Below are positions 26,986 to 39,741 of a DNA stretch of 64,000 bases, one piece after another (positions within the stretch are counted from its first letter, which is position 1; each line of letters begins with the position of its first letter). The notes below the pieces were generated by a model that saw only the letters and a program-made list of their open reading frames with translations, was not told the origin of the DNA and searched no databases. The translations under genes were made by a program, and so were the position numbers. The DNA comes from Camelus dromedarius (lineage: Eukaryota): assembly GCF_036321535.1 (NCBI RefSeq), contig NC_087438.1:7380001-7444000 (forward strand). Reading direction: 5' to 3'.

Positions 26986-27312
26986 AAAGGAAATTATTAG
27001 ATGTGTATTATCTCAGGAGATTTGCTTTCATTTTGCCATGTCTACGCCGCCCCACCCCATAGGTTTTCCACTGGAATTTGGTTATTTGTAGAACAGCAAG
27101 AGACAAGAAGTGTTTTCTGCCGAGACTTCCTGTTTGAGATCATTGGGCAGGGGTGGGGGGTAGATCAGAAGCACATTTCTTGAGTTTCTTTCCCAGGCGC
27201 CTCAACTTTGGGTTACCATTTTGAATACAGCCATGAAGAAAATTAAGATGCTCAAGCCACCTGATGTGAGAGGTTCTTTTAAGGAAATGCCAGGTAAGGG
27301 TTCATTTGGATA

Positions 27313-27783
27313 TGTCGACTAAAATAAAAACGCACAATATAAAAGTTATGAGTTGACTTTTATTCGGGGACCTTCCTGAGAGGTAGGAAAACCTCTTCTC
27401 CCAGCCTCTGGGAGACAGCCTCTCAGACAGCTCTGAGGGACTTCTCTGAAAGAGGTAAGGGGAAGAGACAGGATATATATCAATTTTTTGCTGGAAAAAA
27501 CATGGAGTCAAACATCAAAAGATTACTGCTAGTCACGAAGAACAGACACCTAGAGTTCATGATTTTTGTGCTTTTCTATGTTTGGAAAGAAGCAAGAATC
27601 TGGGATCATTGAAATTTTTCCTTGGATGCATATCTTAATCATCTAGGGGCCACTATCCAAAGCACTGAATCCTTCCTTTTATCCCCATCCTTAATTACCC
27701 TGTTGCTGGGTGATTGCAGTAGCTTATGACTTGATTCTTGTAGGACTGGAAGGGCAGGCAGGCAACATTTTTCCCCCTTTACA
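27313..27783 (-). mobile_element. Complete ERV1-class solo LTR (471 bp)
   Basis: TG...CA termini, perfect 4-bp TSD GATA (27309-27312, 27784-27787), minus-strand TATA (about 27473-27480) and AATAAA (27359-27364); homologous to 53827-54101. Confidence 0.88.
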
Positions 27784-29699
27784 GATAAAGTGAGAAAATG
27801 CTGTAAATATCCTAAATATCAAGACTAGGGGATTGGTCAAATAAACACTGGTATACCCAGTAACAGAGCCAAATCTAGAACTATTATGGTTGCAATCCAA
27901 CAGTGGAGGAGCCGTAATCGGGAGATGGTTCTATCTGATATCACAACCGCTCTTTATCCCAAGCTACACTGCCTCTGAAAAGAAAAAAATAAAATGCATT
28001 TCTCATTCACCTCACGTGGGCTATTCTCTCGGCAAATAGGGCAACACATTTGGAGAAGCAGCTTCTGTAGAGCAGTTTATATCATAAGGCCAATGGATAC
28101 TTCATTTTAATAATAATGAAAGTTCACACTTACTGTGTGCTAAATTCCAGACAACGTGAAATGTTTAAAATCACTCTGGCATTCAATCTACCAGGGGAGG
28201 TGGGACCCTGGTTATTTTATGGGCAGTGGGGTGGGTTCACCATTTGCTTCACCATTAGGTTCCCCTCCACTCAATTTCCCTTCTAAACAAAGTTGGGCGG
28301 TGGGGGTGGGGGTGGAAATCACTACAGGTGCACTTGGTTTTCAGTCTTTAAATCCACTGCTTGTAATTTTAAAAGATCTTCCTGTTGTAGGTGTTACAGT
28401 TAGGCGGCCTATTTGAGAAATATAACTCAAGTAGTGAATTTTAATGGCTTGAAGACAAGTTATTTAACTAAATCAACAAGTTGTTTAATCACCATACATA
28501 TGTAAACTTTAAAAAGTCATAAATTAAAATAGTTCATTGAAACAGAACAAGTCATGGATAAAATACAATTTTGCAAAATGTGATTGGTTTACATTGAGAG
28601 TCTAGTCTTTGTGGAAATAGGCGTGCATTTCTAAAAGAGAAATTAATCAGCATGGGTTTGGAGTCTAACCACTCACAAACAGCTAGCTCTTCTTTGGAGC
28701 AGGGCTGTTCCCAAAGTTTATCTTTAAAGGTTAAACCATTTAGTGCTATTTGGACCCAAATTACTGAGGAAGGAAAGGAGGAAGTGGTGAACTCTTAAGA
28801 CAGAGCTTGAATTTTGCTGCTAAGTGACCAGGGATGAGGACCTAGGGACTCCAGAAGAGGGTAAGTGGTGCTCCACTACAGGATTGCAGCCCCAAGCCCC
28901 CTCCCAACCCCCCAGGGGACCCTGTCACCTGCTGGCCGCTGAGGTTCTTTCTTTAATACAACACAGTGCCGGTTCTGGCTGGGAGAAAAGGAGAGCTAGC
29001 AAACCCAACACTGTCCTGGGCCATCGGAAAGGCAGGGGTGTGGGGGAAGGTCACTTCCATTTGTAAATCCCCTGACTTCATTGAACAGGCCTCTGGAAAC
29101 ACCAAAACAACCAACAACCTTGAAAGGGGGAAATTTCCAGTGGGAATTTATGTAAATAGGACCAGTTAGAGGAAAAGGTTAAAATCAAACCATGATTTGG
29201 GGTATTTTTGCCTTCAGAGAGAAAGCCCCGGACTACAGGAGGGGCCAGTGTGCTAAGGTTCACTTCTGCTCAAGGGCTCGCTCAGGCATCCATCGTTCTT
29301 TACCAGAAGTCGCTGTTCTCTGGCCCCTGCCCTCTCAGCCCCCGGGATGCGGGCATCCCAGAGGGCCCAGAAGGCATTGGAGGCCCGGGTGGTCACCACA
29401 GTGGGTCGGCTCAGCGCAGTGTAACACCTGAGGCCCAAGATCCAGAGGCCTCTGCAGTTCAAACCTCGCTCTGGCCCCCACCGCCCTCACCGGGTATTTT
29501 GGACCATGTTCCTCACTGTGCCCCTCAGCTTGTCCGCCTAGTCCTGGGGTCTTCAAGCTTGTCCCCAGTGCCTGCGTCCACCCAGTTTTGTTCACCTTTG
29601 CACCCCGAGGACCTCTCACAGGCTGGTACCTGGTAGACACGCTGTAAAGGTTGGGGGTGCGGCAGCGGAGAAAAGGAAAGGAGGGAGAGGGGACAGAAA

Positions 29700-32500
29700 G
29701 AGGTAGTGTCTCCCTCCTGGTTTCCACATCCGCCCCTGGACCGGCCACGCTTTCTGTCAAAGATGCTACATCCCTAATCCAGGCTCGGGGCGCGTCCTCA
29801 CACTGCGCCTCCACGCAAAGCCTTTTCCACGAGGATTTGGCCCACAGTGCGCCCTCTTCCCAGAGGTGAGGGGCTCCCCGCAGCAGATTCTCACACGCGA
29901 ACCGGGACAGACGGAGAGAGGCCCAGTTTCGGCCCGGGTGGGTTCGGGGAGCGGACCACGGCCATCGCCTGCATGTCTACTCTCTGGGTTTGGCAGCCAG
30001 CTGCAGAGTCAGCGCCCCATCGCGGCTTCACCCCGTTAATCGTCTCGGCTCCGCAGATCCAGGCACGGTGACATTGGCCAAGCGTGGGGGAGGAGGAAAC
30101 CCTTCACCACTCTGGCCTGGAGCCGTCCTTTCCCGGTCTAATGTCTACCCCGTCTACCCCGAGGCTCCTGGACACCTCCCCGGGGTCGCTTTTCTAGGAG
30201 CAACCATCAAGCCACAGTTGGCCCGGGTCTGAATGACCTGGGGACTCTGCGTCCCGGGTTGGGACTTTCCCGTGGCAGCCCGGAGGTCCCAGTTCAGAGG
30301 GGCAGGGTCCGCAGCGCAGCCCTGGTCCAAGTCCCCTAGGTGGACACCACCTCCCATGCATCCACTTGTCCTCGTGCCCGGTGTGCCCCGAGGATCCCGG
30401 AGTCTTGAGACTGGAGTGAAGTCGGCCCCGGAGCCCAGGCTCCCTGGGGGGTGAAAAAACGGGCTCCGTGCCTCGGACGTTGAGAAACTCCCCCCACCGC
30501 AGTACGGAGGCCTGACTCCCCGCACGGCTCGGGGCCTGGGAGATTGGCTTCCCGACGCCGGAGCAGGCTCAGCCGGCGGCGTCCTCCGACCCCCACCTTC
30601 GCCCTCATCCCTGGGCCGCCGGAGGGGAGGGGGGGCGCTCGCCGCCCGCTGAAAGGGCGTTCGGGTTCTTTAGTTACTGCTTCTGGTTCTCCAGCGCGTG
30701 CATTTCTCAGCGCCGGGGCAAAGCAGACGGATGCACTGTCCCCGCGGTGCCGAGAAGCCCCGGTTTCGCTCTTAACTTTTGCCAGGATCGGGCCCGCGGG
30801 CGCGGGACCCGGGGCGCGCGCCTCCTCCCGCGCGGCCGCCCCGCCCGCCTCCCGCCCGGTCCCTGCCCGCGCCCGCCCGCGCCCGCCCGCTGCGTTCGGA
30901 AAGCCCCCGCGGCTCCTCCCACCCACCTCCCCGAGGGGTTTTCTCCAGCCTCCTGTGAGTCGAGTCTTGGAGTGCAGCCGCCGGGCGCGCGTTTCCGCCG
31001 GGCTGGAGCGCGCCGAGCACTGCTTTTCTCGGGCCGCCAGGGACAAGGGGCGGTGACCTCGGTGCGCGCCCGGCGTCCCGGTCTCCCCGCCCGCTCCCCG
31101 GCCCCCGGCCCGCGCCCGGGCCGCCAGCATGGTGCTGCTGGCCGGGCCCGGGCCGGAGGGCGGCGGGGCGCGCCGCGTGTCTCCGCAGCCGCCGTCCCCA
31201 CCCCGGGACGCGCAGGCCGGGGAGGACCCAGATGACTACGAGGAGTACGAGGACTTCTCAAGTCTGCCTGACACCCATAGCATCGCTTCAGACGACTCCT
31301 TCTACCCTTCTGAAAGCGAGGAGGAGTACAGCTCCGTGAGCGCGGAGAGCGTCCCGGAGGGCGTCCCGGAGGCGGCGACCCTCCTGCGCGCCGCCAGCGC
31401 CAACGACGTGGGGTTGCTGAGGGCGCTGGTGCGGCGGGGCCCCAGCGCTGAGGAAGTGCAGGAGACCGATCGCAACGGCCGGGTAAGCGGGCGTCCCTGC
31501 TGGGTCCGAGTTCCCTCCGCCCTCCTTTCTATTCCCCGCTCCACCCAGATCCCGGCTGCGTCCCGGTCCCGCGGTGACTCTGCCGCGGCCGAGAGCGCCT
31601 CTTCCTCGCTCTCTGGGCGTTTGGCGCGTGCGGAGCTTAAGGTGGCCTGCCTATCCCAGGCTGCGGTGGGCGGCACGATTGCCTTGCCGGAGGTCACAGC
31701 GCCGCGGGAGACGCCGCTCGTCCCTCGTGCTCACCTCAACCCCTTCTCGTTTCCCTCCCCCGGAGTCTTCTGAATCCCCCGGGGGCCTTCGGTGGGATCC
31801 GCGTTGGAAGCCTCTCGCCGGGTCCCTTCACCCTGGGCTCCCTCTGACCATTACCCTTCCTCGCCTGCAGGGGAAACCCCTTTTGCCTAGCGGTTCTCGG
31901 CCTTTCGCGCCGCGCCTGCACTTTCCCTTCCACGCCCGAGCGCGGAGCGGCTCCTCGGGGCCACCCGAGTTCGGAGTTTCTTCCTGGACCACCTGCTAAC
32001 TCGCACCCCTCCCCCTTCCCACGCCCGGCAGCGCCTGGTGACCCGCTCCTGGTGACCGGCGTGACCTCCGGCTTGGCTGTCTGCACGGTCACCGCGGAGA
32101 GCCAGTGCCACCCCCAGAGGCAGGCGCTGGGGAGGGCAAAGGAGGGGCGGGCACACACGCGGTAGGGCAAGCGGCGTGGGGGTGGGGAGAGGCATGAGTA
32201 TGGGGTATCGGGGTATCCATGAGTCACGACTAGACTCAGCCGGTGAGAAACATTGAGAGAAAGAAAGAAAAAGTTGGCTTGAGAAGGGCTGGCTCGCAGA
32301 ACACCACCCACCAAAGCACCTGGAGGGAAAAAACAAAACCAAACCAAACCGCAGAGTGACCACCGTGGCCAAGTGCCCGTGAATCTGTGCTGCGCAAAAA
32401 GTGGCCTTGGTCTCCTTTGATGTCACATTCCCCCGGTCCCGCGGGATCTGCAGCCTCTGCCTGGTACAAATCGGGAGTGGAAGTGCTTTTGCTCGGGGAG
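29700..32500. promoter_or_regulatory. CpG island / ANKRD33B promoter with GC boxes
   Basis: Very GC- and CpG-rich stretch spanning exon 1, with tandem CCGCCC motifs at about 30836-30890. Boundaries estimated by eye. Confidence 0.9.
31129..31482 (+). CDS. ANKRD33B: Ankyrin repeat domain 33B, coding part of exon 1 (118 codons, phase-0 donor)
   Basis: Translation [16 protein letters not shown]...[25 protein letters not shown]...[22 protein letters not shown]...QETDRNGR matches the recalled N-terminus of mammalian ANKRD33B. Strong Kozak context (gccAgcATGG), in-frame upstream stop TGA at 31054-31056, donor CGG|GTAAGC at 31482/31483. Confidence 0.95.
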
Positions 32501-35500
32501 CCCACAACTGACAGACAAGATGTGCTTTTCAGGTGTAGAGCAAAGCGATTCAGTTATACATGTATGTACACACATACATACAATGCAATTAAAAAAAAGG
32601 GAGGGGGGAGATGTCCCTTTACTTGGGAACTCGTGGGACCCTGTGCCTTTGGTTTATTTCAGAGGGCAGGGTGGTCTGTCCCTGACTGTGGTCTGGGCCT
32701 GGCTTAGGCATACAGGAGCCTGTGAATGTCACTGTCTAACTTGACGCATTATTTGAATTTGGGGATGGTTCTTTGCTTGGTGTCCTGTGTCGGGCAGTGC
32801 TGGCCCAGAGGTCGCTAAGGCTACGAGAGCTAAGGTGGGTCCTCGCGGGCAGCATCACCGCGGTGGCCCTGAGACACCAAGATTGCACCTCAGTCCTCCC
32901 TCTGCCCTCGCTGGTGGCCGAGGGACCAGAGCTGATTCTTCTGCCCTGCTTTCTCTTTTACTAACGTGAATTTTCACACACATTTGTTAATATGAGATCT
33001 CCGTTTCCTGAAGCAGGTAACCGGGACTGCTTTAAAGGAAGTCCCAAAAGGATTAGGAAGAACATGGTTGGGGGAGGTCTCTCCCGCGTTCTGGACAGCC
33101 AGGGGTCTTCAGTGGGCTGGGGAGGGGGGCAGGGCAGGGGCTGGCTGGCCCAGCCCCCACTCTGAGGCTCCCCTGAGCTCTGCTTTACTGGGTTTCCTTT
33201 AGGGGCAAAAAATAAAAACTTGAAAACAGCTGCACTGGCGTCAACAGAGGACAACGTAAACCGTCCCCAAGGGGCACGGGTCTGACAGACTGAGTTTCTG
33301 GGCCACTTTTGAAAGCCCCTCCCTCACTCAGCACAGAGTCAGGGGAGGGTGACAGAACCGGAGGCAGGCTTTCAGCACCTCACGGCCTCAGTTTCCCCCT
33401 GGTGATGGAGGGCTGACAGCACATACCTCCTGGGGGCAGTGAGCATGAAATGGCGTAACACACACAACACCCTGACATGGCCTTGGTTACTATGTTGTCT
33501 TGGTTTCCACTCACCTGCCTTCTCCTTGCTCAGATGGGACATCCTGCAGCTTTTTTCTTTTTTCTCTTCTGCCAGGCAAAGCTATTTTTTTCTCTGCTTT
33601 TCCCCTTGATTACAGAGTCTCCCTTTGGTTTTCTGCTTTGAGCTGCCTGCTTTGCTCCCCATCAAATCATGATGGAGAAATGACACATGGTCCACCAATG
33701 GCCAGACCTCCGGCTCTTTTATCTTCTGATAGAGGGAGCCTGTCCTGTGTTCTGTGCTTGTGAGGGGGTGAGGCAAGAGTTTCTGTTCTTCCCAGTGGCT
33801 TCTCAATGCTGTTGATCAAACAGCCTTTCTGAAACACAGGGAAAGAATAAAGTGTCGCAGTGTCCAAATGCACAACCTGGTGGCAGATGGGGTAGTAAGT
33901 CACTGACAAGTGACTGTGTGCAGGGCATGGTTAGGTACTACAGGAGATTCGAAAGTGAATCAGTCTCTCCCTGGAGAGTCTTAATCTTTTAGTTGAGGAG
34001 AGAAGAACTCAGAGTAATAGTACCCAGTGCTTAGAGAGTAAGAGTCTGGTGCTTACAGCCAGAGGCAGGAAGTGAGGGGGGCACTATAGAAATATGGAGC
34101 AAGGGGCCTGGAAGCAGGGAGCTGAGGACAATTTTAGAAGCCCAGGGAGGGGAGACTGGCAGAGGAGGTGGTGGGGGGACATTCAGTTGGAACCAAGGAG
34201 TTGGTGGCAGGTGCAGTGTGGTTGGTGTTGGTGCCGGACAACGTGGGCACTGAAGCTGGAGAGGCCGCCTGGGGCTAGCTGATGAGAGGCCACCCTGGAA
34301 TAGGAAATGGAGAAACAATCTGGTTTCAACCTGCCAATGTAGGGTTTTGGGGCTGTGCTGTGCTTCCCCAGATGATCACGTGACTCGTTCCCTCATTGCC
34401 TTCAGGTTCTGGTCTTAAGGGTATCTCCCCACAGAGGCCTATCCTCCCATCTTTAGCTAAGCCAGCAGTACTGGGATCTGGGTAAGACCATCCAGATACT
34501 CAGAGACTGAGGGCTAAAATTATGGGTAGGATGGTCATCTGACAGAACAGATGACATCTGAGTAAAGATGTAGAGAAGATAACAGGAAAAGCTCTCCAGG
34601 CAGCTGGCACAGCAAGTGCAAAGGCCCTGAGGCAGGAGCCCTTTGGATCTGGTCCATGAGGAGTAACAGTAAAAGCTTATGCAAAGCCCCAGCGCTTTTG
34701 GTGGAGGAGCAGGGTAATTGCATTAACTCCAGAACCACAGGTGCTGCTGCCAGCAGCTTCCCAGAAGTAAAATGCCTATAAGGGCTTTTTTTTTTTTTTT
34801 TTTTTTTTTTCCTTTCTGGAGGTGAGGAGTGTGTTTGTTGAGCTGCCCATCTCTGGTCAGCTAAGACGAGAGTTTGCCTTAGCTGACAGAAGTTTCATTT
34901 GGTTTGTGTAATTAAGGATCAGATGGGTTTTGTTGAAGAAACTGTGTTCTTTCCTGGCTCCTGAGATTTTGGATGTGCTCAGCACTCAGTCTCCCTTCTG
35001 AAATATTTATGGCTGTAAAAGGACTGCATAATTTAATATGCAACATGTAAATATTTGTCAAACAATTCTTCAGTAACATTCAAAACGCGCTCTGCTGTCT
35101 CTTAGGTTTCTGCTTGTTTTGTTCCCGCCAGCCTGGGGACGGTGGAAGCTGCCACAGTTCTCCTTCACTCTTCACTTCTCTCCTGAGTTTCAGCCTCCCC
35201 GCCCTGGCTGCTCTGGAGAAAGTACTGAAACCAGAGGAAGTGTCTGTGCTGTCTTCAGTGTTGCAGAACGGCAGTTTGAATGTCAGACAGCTCTTGGACC
35301 AAGTTAGGCCCAATTATGCTAAATTTAAAATAGCGCACTCCTTTCTTGATGTGGTTCCCCTCATGCATGCTTAATTTCCAGGGCCTCTCGCTGAAATTTT
35401 TCAAAGGCCCCTCCACCCTTTTGCTCTGTTGGCTCAGGAAAGCCCCCATCACAGACCGAGTACAGGGGTGTCTCCCTTTATTCCTGGGGGGGGGGGCTTA

Positions 35501-35542
35501 AATGTTTCATAGATTTGTAGCAGTGATTGGGACCTTTATCTT

Positions 35543-35722
35543 AAAAAACAAATTTTTTTTTTATTGCCGTGTAGTAAGTTTACAATGTTGTATTAATTTC
35601 TGGTGTACAGGATAGTGACTCAGTTATATATATATATTCCTTTTCATATTCTTTTTCATTATAGACCATTACCAGGTATTGACCATAGTTCCCTGTGCTG
35701 TACAGTAGGTCCTCGTTGTTTA
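35543..35722 (-). mobile_element. 5'-truncated L1 3' end
   Basis: TTTACAATGTTGTATTAATTTCTGGTGTACAG...ATAGTTCCCTGTGCTGTACAGTAGGTCCTCGTTGTTTA; degenerate TSD GGGAC..TTAT.TT at 35529 and 35723. Confidence 0.88.
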
Positions 35723-36217
35723 GGGACTGTTATGTTGACCTGTACATGAGAAATGTTTTGTTTCTGGGTTTGGTTTTTCGAATGCCACAGAAGGATTGAT
35801 ACATTTTGGAATCACCTTTTCCTAAAATGAGAATCCAGTTTGGATTCACATCCAGCTCTTTGGCATCTACCAGGCCTCAGTATCCATGGGCCTGCGTGTG
35901 CTTAGAATCTGCTGGTTGGTACAGAAAGTGATTTCTGGCCTCAGGCCTGGCTTTGCTGTTTGGGGATGTACGCTAGTGTGTTAGTTGCAGATTCTGATGT
36001 GCGGGAAAGGGGATGAGAAGGGAGCATGAGCCCATGAGCCTGGGAGCCCAGGGGCCCAGAGCAGAGAAGTGAGTCAGCTGAAGGGAGCCCAGAAACCCTG
36101 GGCTTGGGGCCAGTGGGCTGACGGGCCTCGGCCTCTTCTTTCTCTGCTAACCAAGGTGGGGGCTGCTCTGGGCCCGGAAGAAGTTGAGAAGCCCATGTGT
36201 TTTGTTTTGTTTTGTAG

Positions 36218-36510
36218 TTTTCTGAAAGGACTTAATTTTTTAAGAGCAGTTTTAGGTTCACAGCCAAATTGAGGGGAAGGTACAGAGGTTCCCATATACC
36301 ACCTGCCCCCACCATGCACACCACCAGCTACATTGTTAACACCCCCCAGGGAGGTGCCGTGGTTATACCTGATGAAGCTGCACTGACACAGCATGATTAG
36401 CCAAAGTCCCTAGAATTTCACTGGGGTTCACTCTTGGTGCTGGACATTCTGTGGGTTTGAACAAATGTATAATGATACATATCCATCATTGTAGTGTCAT
36501 AAAGAGCCTC
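36218..36510 (-). mobile_element. L1MC1-like 3' fragment
   Basis: TTTTAAGAGCAGTTTTAGGTTCACAGCCAAATTGAG...GGGTTCACTCTTGGTGCTGGACATTCTGTGGGTTT. Confidence 0.8.
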
Positions 36511-36971
36511 CCCAGTGTTCTTCATGTAAGTGTCAGTTATCTGTGGACACAGCAATGCTGTGTAACAAATAAGTGTGACATCTGATGGGTGTACATGCCA
36601 GTCACAGTTTGCTAAAGGGAGGCCCAACTCAGCCCATCTCAGCTGGGTTTGCTTTCGGCTGGGGCCAGCTTTGGTGGCAGGGCCAGCTTTGGTGGCAGGA
36701 CCAGGGACATCTTGGCTGGGGTGGCTGGTCTCCACTCTGTGTGGTTTCTGGTTCTCTGGCAGAATGGCCTGGGCTGCTTCTCCTTGGTGGGGGGCAGGGT
36801 TCCCAGGGAGCAAGCAGAGCAAATGAGGTTTAGTGTCAGTTCTGCTCAAGCAAGTTATAAAACCAAGCCCAGATTTACCCTTAAGTGTGTGTTTGCTTTT
36901 GTTTGTAAAGGATGCTATTCACTAACCCTAAACATTTATGTTTATTTAAATTTTATTTTCATTAGAATCTG

Positions 36972-37085
36972 AAAAAAAATATACATACCTATGTATATGT
37001 GTAACTGAATCACTTTGCTGTACACCTGAAACTAACATTGTGAATCAACTATACTTCAATAAAAAATAAAATAAAAAAATAAAAT
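36972..37085 (+). mobile_element. Short L1 3' end
   Basis: GTAACTGAATCACTTTGCTGTACACCTGAAACTAACATTGTGAATCAACTATACTTCAATAAA plus A-rich tail. Confidence 0.85.
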
Positions 37086-39211
37086 GTATTTTTATATAAA
37101 TAAATATACATAAGGACAATTTTAGCTAGGGGCCCAAGTGGAGGGTACCAGGTACCTCCATGTCCTAATCAAGAAGCATCAGACCCTGAAGGCCTGACTT
37201 AATTTGATGGAAAGGCTGCTTTTGGTGTATTTGTGTGGATGATGGTTTCAGACACCTAGATGGGCCATCATCAGGGGATTTTGAAGCTGGAATGGATCTT
37301 AGAGGATAGTGGTCCCCGTCATTTTGTAGTTGAAGAAAGTGGGGCTCAGAGAAGGGGGCATCTGGATGTGTCAGGAAAGCTGGGTTCTAGAATGACCCGG
37401 AAGCTGTTCATGGTGCTGCTTTTGATGCCAGTGGGTTTCTCCACGGGGCCCTGAGCCCTTTCCACCTTTGCCTCCTGGCTGCACATGAGAAGTGGGCTAC
37501 CTAGGAATTCCGTGGGGTGGTTTTGAACATTTGATTTCTTTTCCATCCTCTGCCTGTCAAAGAAGGCTAAGGGAAGGGTGTTACACAAATCTAAAACAAG
37601 AGGGTATAGGAACTCTTTTGGAATCTCATTTATTCATCTAATATTCATATCGGTATAACATGGGAGCTGTTTTGAATGACGCCTTCTAGTAGATATGGCT
37701 ACAACATAGGAAAAGCTATAGGTGTTATTTAACTAAATGCAAGTTGCTAAAATTCAAGCCCCCCATCAGACCTGTAGGTCAGTCACTAATGGTTAAAGGA
37801 TTATTTAAATTTTCTCTTTCTTCCTGAGTCCGTTATAGTAACGTCTGTTGTTCTAGGAAACTATTCCATTTTTTTCCTAAGTTGTAAAGGTTAATTATAT
37901 GGTGTTTTTATAGAGTTCTCTTTTAAATCTCTGCTATAATGGGATTATATCCTGTATTTCTACATTTTTGAATTTTTGCTATTTTTCTTTTGTGACATAT
38001 TGTCAAAGGTATCTTATTTTATTAATCTTTTGAAAGAGTCAACTTTCATACTGCGTATAGTTCCTTCTTCACTATTTTATCAGTTTCTGCTTTTCTTTTT
38101 ATTACTTTCTTCCTTCAGATTTATTCTACATGTAACTTTCTCTAAAAGTATCACTTTTGTTTTTCTCACAAGTTTTGATATGTAATATTTTAGTACTATT
38201 GTGTTCTCATTTGCATTATGATTTCCTCTTTTTTTGACCTAGAAGTTATTTAGAATTAAGTTTGCAATTTTTAAAATATATACATTTTTAAACTTTATTA
38301 AAATAATTTTTTAAACCTGATTCAGAGAATATGGCTTGTATGATACTTTGAAATTTCTTGAGACGAGATTTTCAGCCTATTGGGCCAGTAATTCTAAATC
38401 ATAACCATGTGAAATTTTATGATTTCCCCAGTTAAGTCAAAACAGTTCCATGTGTAAAATAGTACATAATCCCTTTAATTAAAAGAAGTAAGAAATATGC
38501 AGAGAAGTTGTTAAAAATATGTGAATAAAGGAAATACGTTTCATTGCAGATGATTGGGAAGTAATTCTTTTAGACAGTGGTGGAATGATGGTGTGTGTGC
38601 GTGTCGTGTGTGTGTATGTGTGTGTGTGTTCTTCTGAGGTCAGATTTTATGATGAAGTAGGATGTTAAGAATCCTTGATGTCGGTGTGTGTGTTCAGAAA
38701 GAAGAGAGACTATTTTTAAATGATGTTCCTGAATCTGAAAGACAATTTAAAGTGGCATTTACTTACTTCTACTAAGTCGGAGACAGGGAAATTAAGGTAG
38801 ACGTGAAATCCCGAGTGACAGTTGGCTTGGTGGCAAAATTGGATTGGAGTGGTGGGGATTTGAGCAATTTCAGAGTAACATAAAACAATGTATGCTTCTA
38901 AAGGCATATTTATGTCAGCTCTGAACATGTTCGGATCCAAAGTAGGCATGTGATGGATACAGAATCGAGCATGTTCCTCTGCTTCCGTTTCTGAGATTTA
39001 AGTGACTCCTGAACTAAAGGCCACACCTGGGGAGGGACATTCCAGCTGGGAGAGGCGTCGCAGGAGGTGCGGAGGGGAGGCCGTTGAAGAGGCAGGAGCC
39101 CTGCTCACGGGAGGTGCCCAGTCAACGGTGTTAAGTTTATAGTAGCACTTTCTCCGAGACCAGGGAAGGCACGTGAAGTTGGTTTAAAAATGAAGGAAGA
39201 CGGAGGAATTA

Positions 39212-39608
39212 GGCTGAGTGAAAAAAGTCCATCTCAAAGGATTATATGCTGTATAATTCCATTTATGTAACATTCCTGAAGTAGTGCAGTTGTGGAGATG
39301 GAGAACAGATTAGAGGTTGCCGGGGTTAGCGCTTCAGGGAGAGTGGTGGATGCTACCCTAATTGGGGCAGCCCTGCATCTAGATGGTGCTGGTGGTTACA
39401 GGGAGTTGTACGTGGGTTCAAATGGCATAGAACCACACACATGCACACGACTGGGGACCCCTGAACAAGCCCTGTGGATTGCAATGAGGCCCATTTCATG
39501 ATGCTCTTGTCCTGTATTTATGTGAGATGTTGATGTGGAGGAGAAAGGACGAAGAGGGCAACTTCCTGTCGGTCTGTCAGTATTTCAAAATCAAAAGCTT
39601 AATAAAAA
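39212..39608 (+). mobile_element. Old L1 3' UTR (L1MD/ME-like)
   Basis: CTGAGTGAAAAAAG...ATTCCATTTATGTAACATTC...GAGATGGAGAACAGATTAGAGGTTGCC. Confidence 0.7.
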
Positions 39609-39741
39609 TGAAGGAAGGCATGCATTACCTTTTATCTGCAGCCTTACCACCACGAATAGACCGAACTTCGGAAACTAAAGCAGCGTCAGACCTGGTTAAC
39701 ATGGGGGAATGGGACCGACTGGAAATACTGGGGGTTTAATC

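Noticed and set aside
30731..30775. 14-codon upstream ORF (ATG 30731 to TAA 30775)
   Set aside because: The transcription start is unknown and this ORF lies upstream of the GC-box cluster, so it may not be in the mRNA.
31483..31773. Read-through of the exon-1 frame giving a 214-aa ORF
   Set aside because: Similarity to ANKRD33B ends exactly at a consensus donor; the extension is GC-rich intron where stop codons are rare.
30154..32507. Long overlapping Arg/Gly/Pro/Ala-rich ORFs on both strands (up to 264 aa)
   Set aside because: Expected by chance in a CpG island; no recognisable domains and mostly non-ATG starts.
35114..35374. Protein-looking ORF (LAALEKVLKPEEVSVLSS...) behind a polypyrimidine-CAG acceptor at 35193
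   Set aside because: The acceptor is phase 2 relative to this ORF whereas exon 1 ends in phase 0; no ankyrin similarity and no strong donor.
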